Translations under genes and position numbers: made by a program
Part shown: piece by piece, positions 29,966 through 39,233 of the stretch
Numbering within the stretch: the stretch's first letter is position 1
How the letters are laid out: every line of letters starts with the position of its first letter
The notes under the pieces: model-generated
Told to the model about the DNA's origin: nothing
What the model saw: the letters and a program-made list of their open reading frames with translations, nothing else
The model's database searches: none
NCBI GenBank assembly: GCA_021848625.1
Contig: JAJZUD010000002.1
Location: 1-62,767, forward strand
DNA: 62,767 nucleotides
DNA from: Pseudomonadota bacterium
GTDB lineage: Bacteria; Pseudomonadota; Gammaproteobacteria; Francisellales; CACEW01
Reading direction: 5' to 3'

Positions 29966-31057
29966 TTAGCCGCACTGCTCGTCATGAAGCGTAGATTTTT
30001 CTAATGTCGGATAATCGATGTAACCATGAGAGCCTCCTACATAGAAGGTATCAGTATCTGGCGCATTCAGAGGGGCGTTTTGTGCGAATCTTGCGGGTAA
30101 ATCAGGATTAGCAAGAAAAGACTGTCCAAAAGCGGCCGCATCTGCTTTCCCTGTTGAAATGAGTTCTTCAGCATCTTCAGCGGTGAGATTTTGATTAACA
30201 ATATACACTCCCCCAAAAGCTGCTTTTAATTGATCACCAATATAGCCCTCCCCTTGCTGCTCACGCGCAAAAATAAAGGCAATTTTTCGTTTTCCTAGGG
30301 CTTGAGCGACGTATGAAAACGTGGACAGGGGGTTCGTATCCCCCATATCGTGAACATCACAACGGGGGGCAAGATGCACGCCAACCCGTTTATTTCCCCA
30401 TATTGAAATGACGGCATCCACGACTTCTAATAAGAGTTTGGCTCGATTTTCGAGGCTTCCACCATATTGATCTGTACGATGGTTGGTGCTGTCCTGAAGA
30501 AACTGATCCAGGAGATAGCCGTTTGCAGCATGTATTTCCACTCCATCAAAACCTGCGTTTTTTGCATTTTTTGCCCCTTGGCAATAGGCTGCGATGACTT
30601 CAGGAATTTCGTCTGTATTGAGTGCTCTGGGGGTGACATAAGGTTTTTCAGGCCGAACTAGACTGACATGGCCCTTAGGCCGAATTGCACTGGGGGCAAC
30701 CGGCAATTCGCCATTCAAAAAGAGAGGGTCTGAGATACGTCCAACATGCCAGAGTTGCAGAAAAATCCGTCCTCCTTTTTGATGAACAGCATCTGTCACC
30801 AAACGCCAACCGGAAACCTGAGCTTCTGACCAAATTCCGGGTGTATTTGCATAGCCAACACCCATCGGGCAAATCGAAGTTGCTTCGCTAATAATAAGGC
30901 CAGCACTGGCGCGATCCGCGTAGTACTGAGCCATTATAATGCTGGGCACACGCCCTTCCCCTGCTCTGGATCGCGTCATGGGAGCCATGATCATTCTGTT
31001 TGGTAAAGCAAGATCGCCTAACTGCAAAGGGCTAAAAAGGCTGTTGAATTGAGTCAT
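29966..31057 (-). CDS. NADH:flavin oxidoreductase / alkene reductase (Old Yellow Enzyme family, NemA-like)
   Basis: LFSPLQLGDLALPNRMIMAPMTRSRA, GGRIFLQLWHVGR, GFDGVEIHAANGYLLDQFL motifs. Start at internal MTQFN (31057). Confidence 0.9.
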   Translation of the reverse strand: MTQFNSLFSPLQLGDLALPNRMIMAPMTRSRAGEGRVPSIIMAQYYADRASAGLIISEATSICPMGVGYANTPGIWSEAQVSGWRLVTDAVHQKGGRIFLQLWHVGRISDPLFLNGELPVAPSAIRPKGHVSLVRPEKPYVTPRALNTDEIPEVIAAYCQGAKNAKNAGFDGVEIHAANGYLLDQFLQDSTNHRTDQYGGSLENRAKLLLEVVDAVISIWGNKRVGVHLAPRCDVHDMGDTNPLSTFSYVAQALGKRKIAFIFAREQQGEGYIGDQLKAAFGGVYIVNQNLTAEDAEELISTGKADAAAFGQSFLANPDLPARFAQNAPLNAPDTDTFYVGGSHGYIDYPTLEKSTLHDEQCG

Positions 31058-31118
31058 GCTGGCTCCTAATGGCATGGGCAGTAATAAAACAATAAAAGAC
31101 TCATTACATCGCAAACAT

Positions 31119-31195
31119 TGGTGGGCCCACTTGGACTTGAACCAAGGACCAAAGGATTATGAGTCCTCTGCTCTAACCAACTGAGCTATGAGCCC
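31119..31195 (-). tRNA. tRNA with CAT anticodon, ileX-like (probable tRNA-Ile2, lysidine type; tRNA-Met not excluded)
   Basis: Hand-folded cloverleaf: GGGCTCA/TGGGCCC acceptor, GCTC/GAGC D stem, GAGGA-CTCATAA-TCCTT anticodon arm, TGGTC variable loop, CTTGG-TTCAAGT-CCAAG T arm, encoded CCA. D arm, variable loop and T arm closely resemble E. coli ileX as recalled. Confidence 0.9.
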
Positions 31196-31378
31196 GACAA
31201 GTAGCCAGTATACCGGATTTATTGACTTCTGTAAATATACTCGGAAGTCGAATTTTTGGTCTGAGACCCTAAAAAGGGCTGTTTGTTCCACTTTGGAGCC
31301 AACGAAACTCAACATGATTAGAAAATTGACAATAATTGCTCGCTGTGATAATATAATTAAATCATAAGGAGTGATAAA

Positions 31379-32440
31379 GTGGCTACGATACAAAAACGGG
31401 TTAGTTACGGTAAAACGTCTTATCATGTGAGAGTCCGTGTTAAAGGTTTCCCGATGCAATCCTCAACATTTAGTCGGTTAATGGATGCGAAAAGTTGGGC
31501 GGATGAAATCAGGCTTTCGATGCAAAAAGGGAAGTTTCAGGAGGCTCCAAAAAAATCATATTCTTTTGAAGAGGCCGCCCAAAAATATAACGACACAATT
31601 TTGCAAAACAAAAAAGACCTCAGAGTACAAAAACGCTTGCTGGCCTACTGGAAAGAGCGTTTCAAGGGGTATGATCTCAGCAATGTCTCGGTGTCTGTGC
31701 TCAATCAGGAACGTGATTATTTGCTTGAAGGGGAGACTCATTTCAAGCGGCAGCGCGCACCTGCAACCATCAATCGCTATTTCGCAATCCTGAGTCATAT
31801 TTTCAGCCTATCCTTTAAATGGGGCTGGATTAACGAGAATCCCTTTCTGCGAATTTCGAAAATGAAGGAGCCACGTGGTAGAGTCCGTTTTCTGTCCGAA
31901 GACGAGAGAGGCAATCTATTGAGCGTGTGTCAAGCATCCAAAAATAAAATGCTCTATCCAATCGTCGTGCTCTGCCTTTCAACAGGCGCGCGTAAAATGG
32001 AAATCGTGGGTCTTCATTGGAAACACGTCGATCTTGTAAGACGGATTATCGTTCTGGAAGACACCAAAAACGGCGAGCGTCGCGCTTTGCCGATCTCAAG
32101 CTTTGCATTAGAAGTGCTAACTGAATATGCGAAAAGTTGCGATAAAGCAGGTCTGGTCTTTCCCAGCCCTCACAATGTTTCAAAGCCAATCGATATCAGA
32201 AGGCCGTGGCTCAATATTTTGCAGAAAGCGAATATTGAAAACTTCCACTTTCATGATTTGCGGCACTCCACCGCTTCATATCTTGCCATGAATGGTGCAA
32301 GTCTGGCTGAGATTGCTGAAGTCTTAGGGCATAAGACCTTGAGCATGGTTAAGCGCTATGCTCATTTGTCTGAGGCCCATACTGCGAAGGTGGTTGAGTC
32401 AATGAACAATAAAATCTTTGCTAAGATTCGACAGCAGTAG
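31379..32440 (+). CDS. tyrosine-type site-specific integrase
   Basis: GTG start after an AAGGAG RBS. C-terminal catalytic region TGARKMEI ... HDLRHSTASYLAMNGASLAEIAEVLGHKTLSMVKRYAHL (R..HxxR..Y). Confidence 0.9.
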   Translation: MATIQKRVSYGKTSYHVRVRVKGFPMQSSTFSRLMDAKSWADEIRLSMQKGKFQEAPKKSYSFEEAAQKYNDTILQNKKDLRVQKRLLAYWKERFKGYDLSNVSVSVLNQERDYLLEGETHFKRQRAPATINRYFAILSHIFSLSFKWGWINENPFLRISKMKEPRGRVRFLSEDERGNLLSVCQASKNKMLYPIVVLCLSTGARKMEIVGLHWKHVDLVRRIIVLEDTKNGERRALPISSFALEVLTEYAKSCDKAGLVFPSPHNVSKPIDIRRPWLNILQKANIENFHFHDLRHSTASYLAMNGASLAEIAEVLGHKTLSMVKRYAHLSEAHTAKVVESMNNKIFAKIRQQ

Positions 32441-32552
32441 GTTTTTAGAAAAAATCCGACAATTGTAAAGCTTAGCTTAATTTGCAACAAAAATTTGCAC
32501 ATTGTCCATGTGTTATGATAGCTTGTTTGTAATTCATGAGGTTGTTTTCAAT

Positions 32553-34742
32553 ATGCCCATTCAGTACCTTGATATTCATGGTATGTCTTGTGCCAGCTGT
32601 GTCAATAAAATTGAAAAAGCACTTCAAAAAGTGCCAGGGGTGAGCCAGGCTTCAGTCCATTTTGCGGAGCAGTCTGCCCGTGTGGAGTCTGATGCATCGG
32701 TTTCTTCCGAAGCACTCATCGAGGCGGTTAAAAAGGCGGGCTATCATGCGGAGGTTCATCAGGCGATGCATGATTCTATGCATCATCATGAGCATGCAGC
32801 GCCTTCCTGGTTGAAGGTGATTTTGCCAGGCATCTTCGGCGCATTGTTTATGTTTCAGGGAATGCTCGGTGCTCCGCAGCAATGGATGGGCGGTGTTGAA
32901 AGTATTTTGACATTGATCATTCTCATTTACGCGGCAAGTTCTATTTATAGCAATGCCTTCAAAGCCCTCAAATCTTTTAGCACAACGATGGACAGCCTGA
33001 TTGCGATTGGGATTGGGGCGGCTTGGCTTTATTCAACTGGCGTGACGATTTTTATGGCCTATCTGCCCCTGCAGGCCATCCATTTGTATTTTGAATCTGC
33101 GTTGATTATTTTAGCCTTCATTAATTTGGGCGGTATTTTGGAAGAGCGCGCGAAGGGAAAGGCTTCCAGCGCCATTATGGCTTTATTAGCGCTGCGTCCC
33201 AAAACCGCAACGATTTTGCGCGAAGGCCAAGAAATTGAGATTGAAATTGAAGCCTTGCAAGTGAGTGATGTCATACGAATTCATCCTGGGGAAAGCATTC
33301 CCGTTGATGGTACTGTGGTCGATGGAGAGTCCTACGTAGATGAATCGATGTTGACAGGAGAAGCCCTGCCAGCCCATAAAAAATTGGGAGATCATGTCAT
33401 TGGCGGAACCTTAAATAGTACCGGCACTTTTCTCTTCAAAGTGACCGAGGTGGGTGAAAAAACAGTTCTTTCAAAAATGATTGAGCTAGTCCGAGAGGCT
33501 CAAAGCACTAAGCCAAAATTGGCACGCTTAGCGGATCAAATATCCGCCTATTTTGTTCCAGCGGTGATGATTATCGCTATTGTGACCGTGATCGCCTGGC
33601 TTTACTTCGGCCCACCACCTGCGTGGATTTATGCCCTGAGCACGGGCATGGCGGTTTTAATTATTGCCTGTCCTTGTGCCTTGGGTTTGGCCATTCCAAC
33701 CTCGGTGATGGTGGGCATTGGCAAAGCAGCACAGTTAGGGATTTTGATCAAACAAAGTGAAGTTTTACAACAAGCGGCTGGATTGGATGTAATCGTTTTG
33801 GATAAAACCGGAACGATTACCCTGGGTCAACCCCAAGTCATTGAAATACAAGTAGCATCCGGCATTGATCATTTACAGTTTTTAGCCCTGGCGGCCAGTC
33901 TGGAGCAATATTCGGAGCATCCCCTGGCGCAGGCTATTTTAAATGAGGCTGAGAAAAAAGGCTTAAGCGTATTAAAAGCAGAGGAGTTTCAGGCTGAGAG
34001 TGGCTATGGCGTTCAAGCCCGCATCGAAAGGGAGGTTTATTATCTCGGTAATGCAGCCTGGATGGATCAAAATAAGTTAGATAATCCATGGTTAAATCAA
34101 GGAGAGCAAGCTGCAGTGGCAGGCAAAACACCTCTTTATTTAGCCCACGGCAAAGCTGTTTTGGGAATGATTTTAGTGGCGGATCCACTCAAACCTGATT
34201 CGCTGATCGCGATCAAGCATTTACAGAAACTGGGCATTGAAGTGGTGATGATGACAGGGGATCACGCAGGCGTGGCCGCTGCCATCGCCAAAGAAGTGGG
34301 GATCAAACAATTTTTTGCTGAAGTCAAACCAAAAGACAAGTCTGGCTATATTCAAAGCCTTCAAAAACAGGGTAAAAAAGTGGGGATGGTGGGTGATGGC
34401 ATTAACGACGCACCAGCGCTTGCTCAGGCCAATGTGGGCTTTGCGATTGGAGTGGGCACAGACGTCGCCATCCAAAGTGCAGCAGTGACACTGATTCGTA
34501 ATTCCCTGATTAGCGTTGTGGACGCGGTTCTTTTATCCAAAGCAACGACTCGTAATATGAAACAAAACCTCAGTGGTGCCTTTGTCTATAATTTACTGGC
34601 CATTCCCATTGCAGCGGGGGTGCTTTATCCGGAGATCCATTTGCTGCTGAATCCAATGATTGCTGGTGCAGCGATGGCCTTTTCTTCTGTCACGGTAGTG
34701 AGCAATGCCAATCGCTTACGTTTTTTTAAGTCTAAGTCCTAA
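32553..34742 (+). CDS. copA: copper-translocating P1B-type ATPase
   Basis: HMA domain [20 protein letters not shown] motif ([11 protein letters not shown]), [15 protein letters not shown]. Start at MPIQYL (32553). Confidence 0.9.
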   Translation: MPIQYLDIHGMSCASCVNKIEKALQKVPGVSQASVHFAEQSARVESDASVSSEALIEAVKKAGYHAEVHQAMHDSMHHHEHAAPSWLKVILPGIFGALFMFQGMLGAPQQWMGGVESILTLIILIYAASSIYSNAFKALKSFSTTMDSLIAIGIGAAWLYSTGVTIFMAYLPLQAIHLYFESALIILAFINLGGILEERAKGKASSAIMALLALRPKTATILREGQEIEIEIEALQVSDVIRIHPGESIPVDGTVVDGESYVDESMLTGEALPAHKKLGDHVIGGTLNSTGTFLFKVTEVGEKTVLSKMIELVREAQSTKPKLARLADQISAYFVPAVMIIAIVTVIAWLYFGPPPAWIYALSTGMAVLIIACPCALGLAIPTSVMVGIGKAAQLGILIKQSEVLQQAAGLDVIVLDKTGTITLGQPQVIEIQVASGIDHLQFLALAASLEQYSEHPLAQAILNEAEKKGLSVLKAEEFQAESGYGVQARIEREVYYLGNAAWMDQNKLDNPWLNQGEQAAVAGKTPLYLAHGKAVLGMILVADPLKPDSLIAIKHLQKLGIEVVMMTGDHAGVAAAIAKEVGIKQFFAEVKPKDKSGYIQSLQKQGKKVGMVGDGINDAPALAQANVGFAIGVGTDVAIQSAAVTLIRNSLISVVDAVLLSKATTRNMKQNLSGAFVYNLLAIPIAAGVLYPEIHLLLNPMIAGAAMAFSSVTVVSNANRLRFFKSKS

Positions 34743-34835
34743 TTGCCCACAACGCTGTGATTTAGAGGCGTTGACAATTGCGTGGTGGAATATTCCAAAA
34801 ATGGAGGTGTCTTGTTAGTCTAAGCTAAAATAGGG

Positions 34836-35321
34836 TTAATGAGATTTCGAAAGCCTTATTTTATATTCATGCCAGGTCAGGCCAATCACAATAACGTCTA
34901 AAACTGTGAGTAAAATCAGAAAATATGAGTGAGTATAGCTGTAGCGATATACCTGATAAAAGACAAAAAGCGTAAATACAAAAATAGCAGTGGGGTATGC
35001 GAATAGCTTATCGCGTAATAGTCCAAAAACTAATAAAAGCTTAATAGCACCATGGCTGAAGAGATAAAAAAAGCTAAATAAGATGGAATGTAAAGTAAAG
35101 AAGGCAACATGGTGTTGCAAATAGTTTGCCACAAGATCATGCGGGTCTTCCAGTAGTTCTCCATGAACCATCGCTTTGAGCCACACAGATAGGCTACCCG
35201 TAAAAAATAAAGCAATACTGCCCACAATCTCAAGCAATCCGTCTATTCCTTTAATAAAAATGCTAAAGATAAAAATGCGGTGAATGTACCGCTCCTTTTT
35301 ATCTTTAGAGATTTTATTCAT
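34836..35321 (-). CDS. DUF2127 family membrane protein
   Basis: IFIKGIDGLLEIVGSIALFF ... ELLEDPHD ... HGAIKLLLVFGLLRDKLFAYP ... YQVYRY pattern. Confidence 0.6.
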   Translation of the reverse strand: MNKISKDKKERYIHRIFIFSIFIKGIDGLLEIVGSIALFFTGSLSVWLKAMVHGELLEDPHDLVANYLQHHVAFFTLHSILFSFFYLFSHGAIKLLLVFGLLRDKLFAYPTAIFVFTLFVFYQVYRYSYTHSYFLILLTVLDVIVIGLTWHEYKIRLSKSH

Positions 35322-35391
35322 CTGGTCTTTCTATGATTCATATTGCATTGCTGTAATTTTAGCATAATCTCAACATGAAGGGTCATCAGGG

Positions 35392-35420
35392 TTGACAGGG
35401 ATAAGCAATTCAACAATACT
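35392..35420 (+). promoter_or_regulatory. candidate sigma70 promoter for the usp/P-type ATPase genes
   Basis: TTGACA (35392-35397), 17-bp spacer, AATACT (35415-35420), about 30 nt upstream of the usp ATG. Sequence resemblance only. Confidence 0.3.
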
Positions 35421-35450
35421 AAAACTCTAGCGCTGAAATAAGGAAAAACC

Positions 35451-35912
35451 ATGTCTTTTAAACGCATATTAGTGGCTGTAGATGGTAGTGAAACAGGGGG
35501 ATTAGCCTTGAATGAGGCTATTCTCTTAGCAAAAAATGCAAAGGCAGCATTACGTATTATTCATGTTGAAGATGAGTATCACATCGGACTTGCTGATGTT
35601 CCTTTTGATTACAGAGATGCGTTAATCAAAGAGATAAAGAAAGAAGGCATTGCATTATTGGCCAAAGTGAAGGCGATTGCAGTGAATTCAGGTCTACCTG
35701 ATGTAGAAACGAAATTAGCTGAGCTCAAGCAGCATGGCCAACGCGTCTCGGAAATCATTGCTGAAGAAGCGAAACACTGGTCTGCGGATTTGTTGGTGCT
35801 GGGCACGCATGGGCGTCGTGGCATCAGTCATCTTTTTCTGGGGAGTGTCGCAGAACACGTTGCCCGTATTTCACCTGTTCCTGTCTTGTTGGTTCGTCCG
35901 ATTAGATCCTAA
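35451..35912 (+). CDS. universal stress protein (UspA family)
   Basis: ILVAVDGSE ... ADLLVLGTHGRRGISHLFLGSVAEHVARISPVPVLLV. Confidence 0.85.
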   Translation: MSFKRILVAVDGSETGGLALNEAILLAKNAKAALRIIHVEDEYHIGLADVPFDYRDALIKEIKKEGIALLAKVKAIAVNSGLPDVETKLAELKQHGQRVSEIIAEEAKHWSADLLVLGTHGRRGISHLFLGSVAEHVARISPVPVLLVRPIRS

Positions 35913-35927
35913 AATGAGAGAAGCATA

Positions 35928-38255
35928 TTGATCGGCTTAAATAGCAGTGAGGTCCTCAAACGACAAGCGCAGTTTGGCCTGAATTTTGTTGAAGAAAAAC
36001 ATCAAAACCGCGTTTTGGATTTCTTAAAAAAGTTTTGGGCCCCCGTGCCCTGGATGCTTGAGGTCACGATCATTTTAGAGTTGATTCTCAGAAAATACGA
36101 CGAAGCGCTGATTATTGTTTTATTGCTTTTGTTTAATTCGCTCTTAAGTTTTTTTCAGGAAACCAAAGCGAATAAAGCACTCCTGCTATTAAAACAACAT
36201 CTTTCAATTCAAGCGCGAGTCTTTCGGGATGGAAAATGGCAGCTGGTTCCTGCGAAAGAATTAGTGCCAGGCGATCTAGTTCATGTGCGCATGGGGGATA
36301 TTGTCCCTGCAGATATTCACTTGAAGAACGGCAAAATTTTACTGGATCAATCGATTTTAACCGGAGAATCGCTTGCGCGAGAAGCGGGTGCAGAAGCATT
36401 GATTTATTCAAGCTCGACGGTACGACATGGTGAAGCAGACGGCGAAGTCAGTGCCACTGGTTCACATACTTATTTCGGCAAATCAGTTGATTTAATTCAA
36501 AAGGCCCAACCCAAGAGTCATATCAAGCAAGTGATTTTTAAAATCGTACAATATCTGATGGCCATTGATTTAGCCTTGATTGTATTGGTGCTCATAGATG
36601 CATTGATGGTAAAACTGCCTGTGTTGAATCTTTTAGCCTTTGTACTGATTTTACTGGTGGCCTCTGTTCCGGTTGCCCTCCCAGTAACTTTCGCCGTTGC
36701 AACTGCGATGGGTGCAATGCGTTTAACCAAGCAAGGTGTCTTGGTGACGAGTTTATCTGTATTAGAAGAGGCTGCCATGGTCGATGTTTTATGCATTGAT
36801 AAAACAGGTACTCTCACCAAAAATCAATTGGCCTTGGCCACATCAAAAGCATTTCCCCCCTATGCGGATTCCGATTTACGTCTCATGGCCGCTGTAGCGA
36901 GTGATGCCGCCAGTCAAGATCCCATTGATGAAGCCATTCTCACTGCAGTTTCAGTCGCTGACTTAAGCGCAATTCACAAAATGGACTTTATCCCCTTTGA
37001 TCCAGAGCGCAAGCTAACTGAAGCGGTCTTTGAACGTGAGGGTCAGCGTTTTCGGGTATTAAAAGGCGCGCCTGATGCGCTTGCGAAGCAATTGATAGAT
37101 TGCCCTGTTTTTCTGAATAAAACCGTGCAAGCTTTTGCAGAGCAAAGCTATCGGGTTTTGGCTGTGGCGATTGCAAAAATTGACGCCGATCATCCTCCCC
37201 ATTTTAATCTAGTAGGGGTATTGGCTTTTGAAGATCCGCCGCGAGAAGACTCGGAATCTTTTATTGGTCAGCTAAAGGAATTAGGGCTCAAAATGATGAT
37301 GCTGACAGGGGACGGTTTGATCACGGCACAAGTGATTGCTAAACGGGTTGGTATTGGCGCACAGGCTACGGTCGCTCATTCATTTTTAAGTACAGAAAAA
37401 CCGGAGACCATCCTAAATTATGATGTCTTTGCCAGTACCTTGCCACAGGACAAATTTCAACTGGTCGGTATCCTACAGAGACTAAAGCATGTCGTTGGCA
37501 TGACCGGCGATGGTGTGAATGACGCACCGACCTTAAAACAAGCGGATATGGGTGTGGCCGTGTCTAACGCCACCGATGTGGCCAAAGCCTCTTCAACTCT
37601 GGTTTTGTTGAAACCAGGTCTACAAGGCATCATTGCAGCAGTACAAGAAAGCCGTCAAATTTATCATCGCATGCTGACTTATACCTTAAATAAGATCATA
37701 AAAAGTCTGGAAATTATCGTTTTTTTGAGTTTGGGCATGATCTTCACGGGGCAGTTTATCATCACACCTTTGCTGATCGTCTTATTGATTTTTACCAATG
37801 ATTTTATGACTATGAGTATCGCCACAGATCGCGTGATTTTTTCACCCAAACCTGAGCGTTGGAGCATAGGTAAACTGGTGATGGCAGGATGTAGTATGGC
37901 GGGATTGGTTTTAATTTTATCCTTTGCAGTGTTCGTATTTGCAGAGAAACAATTGCATTTGCCTTTGAGGCAATTGCAAACGCTGATTTTTGTGATGCTG
38001 GTTTTTACGGGTCAAGGCAATCTTTACCTGATTCGCACTGCCAAGCATTTTTGGTGCTCTAGGCCTGGAGGATGGTTGATCGTTGCCTCAGTCGTGGATA
38101 TTTTGCTGATAAGTATTTTTGCCAGTCAGGGAATTTTAATGGCTGCAATCAACCCGCTTTTGATCTTAGCTCTTCTAGGAATCATTGTGCTTTATCTGTT
38201 TGCGATTGATTTTGCGAAAGTGAGAATTTTTGCTTATTTAAAGATTATTCACTAA
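35928..38255 (+). CDS. P3A-type (plasma-membrane proton-pump-like) P-type ATPase
   Basis: Collinear with plant AHA-type pumps by recall: GL...E...R...FG.N..EEK.....FLK.FW.P..WMLE, RDGKW, VPGD, GDI.PAD, LTGESL, CIDKTGTLTKNQL, MTGDGVNDAPTLKQADMGVAV. TTG start inferred. Confidence 0.8.
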   Translation: MIGLNSSEVLKRQAQFGLNFVEEKHQNRVLDFLKKFWAPVPWMLEVTIILELILRKYDEALIIVLLLLFNSLLSFFQETKANKALLLLKQHLSIQARVFRDGKWQLVPAKELVPGDLVHVRMGDIVPADIHLKNGKILLDQSILTGESLAREAGAEALIYSSSTVRHGEADGEVSATGSHTYFGKSVDLIQKAQPKSHIKQVIFKIVQYLMAIDLALIVLVLIDALMVKLPVLNLLAFVLILLVASVPVALPVTFAVATAMGAMRLTKQGVLVTSLSVLEEAAMVDVLCIDKTGTLTKNQLALATSKAFPPYADSDLRLMAAVASDAASQDPIDEAILTAVSVADLSAIHKMDFIPFDPERKLTEAVFEREGQRFRVLKGAPDALAKQLIDCPVFLNKTVQAFAEQSYRVLAVAIAKIDADHPPHFNLVGVLAFEDPPREDSESFIGQLKELGLKMMMLTGDGLITAQVIAKRVGIGAQATVAHSFLSTEKPETILNYDVFASTLPQDKFQLVGILQRLKHVVGMTGDGVNDAPTLKQADMGVAVSNATDVAKASSTLVLLKPGLQGIIAAVQESRQIYHRMLTYTLNKIIKSLEIIVFLSLGMIFTGQFIITPLLIVLLIFTNDFMTMSIATDRVIFSPKPERWSIGKLVMAGCSMAGLVLILSFAVFVFAEKQLHLPLRQLQTLIFVMLVFTGQGNLYLIRTAKHFWCSRPGGWLIVASVVDILLISIFASQGILMAAINPLLILALLGIIVLYLFAIDFAKVRIFAYLKIIH

Positions 38256-38592
38256 ATTCTTCAAACGCTCTGAGCGCATCAGCTGCATACATCAACGAAG
38301 GCCCGCCACCCATGTAAACAGCCATGCCTAATACTTCAATAAATTCTTCACGGGTTGCGCCTAGTTTTACAAGGGTTTGGGCGTGAAAGCCAATGCAGCC
38401 GTCACAACGCGCTGCCACCCCTAATCCCAGGGCAATCAGTTCTTTGGTTTTTTTGTCTAAAACCCCCGTTTTGCTGGCGGCTTGAGCCATACCACTGAAC
38501 CCAGTCATCACATCGGGAATTTCTTTGCGCAATTTGGCAATGTAGGCGGAAATGTCTGCGGTGATTTCTTTATATTGCTTGCTCATTTTCAT
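38245..38592 (-). CDS. carboxymuconolactone decarboxylase (AhpD-like) family protein
   Basis: 115 aa with CDGCIGFH (CxxC..H) AhpD-like motif. Confidence 0.8.
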   Translation of the reverse strand: MKMSKQYKEITADISAYIAKLRKEIPDVMTGFSGMAQAASKTGVLDKKTKELIALGLGVAARCDGCIGFHAQTLVKLGATREEFIEVLGMAVYMGGGPSLMYAADALRAFEEFSE

Positions 38593-38596
38593 GCTC

Positions 38597-39130
38597 CTAT
38601 TTGGGTTGATTGTATGGGAGTTTGCTTAATAGTTTTGCAAGAGCACAAAAGCCTGTTATTCCTGCAAAAAACAATGCAAAGCCAAAAAATAAAATCAGCA
38701 GATTAAACCAAGGTGAAACCCAGTGCGCTAAAATAAGACTCAGAACAATCAAAATCCCGACACAGATAAAAACCTGACGTTGAATCGGTATAGGCGCTTT
38801 TTTGTTGGTCTCCAATGCACCTCCGCTTTGCTTCCAGGCATTGAGTCCTCCTTCCAAAATTTGATACTGAGGCAAAAGTTGATCCAGTTGAGGGATGGCC
38901 TGACAAGTACGTACACCCGCTTGGCAATGTACAACCACATAGTCAGCATCTTCACAACAATTTAGCTTTTCTTTGGTTAATTCGGAAAGCGGCACTGAAT
39001 GGCTCTCGGGCATATGTTCCCTTGCAAATTCATCAGGATTGCGAATATCAATAATGACAATTCGCTTCCCTTGGCTTTTGAGACCTTGCAATTCCTGGGC
39101 GGTGATCATTTTGGTATTATTCATATCCAA
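38597..39130 (-). CDS. rhodanese domain protein with C-terminal 2-TM DUF2892 module (YgaP-like)
   Basis: Rhodanese active-site loop VHCQAGVRT, followed by two hydrophobic helices. Confidence 0.8.
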   Translation of the reverse strand: MDMNNTKMITAQELQGLKSQGKRIVIIDIRNPDEFAREHMPESHSVPLSELTKEKLNCCEDADYVVVHCQAGVRTCQAIPQLDQLLPQYQILEGGLNAWKQSGGALETNKKAPIPIQRQVFICVGILIVLSLILAHWVSPWFNLLILFFGFALFFAGITGFCALAKLLSKLPYNQPK

Positions 39131-39233
39131 TTTTACTCGTTTTAATTGTGCAACTTAATCATAACATGGCGCAGCACTTTTAGGCAGGATGGAGCGCTTG
39201 CACTGACCTTTTAAAGATCCTGTTAACTCAACT

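Noticed and set aside
31157-31459. 100-aa minus-strand ORF spanning the tRNA and the integrase start
   Set aside because: It overlaps a well-folded tRNA gene and the integrase RBS and start, and has no motifs.
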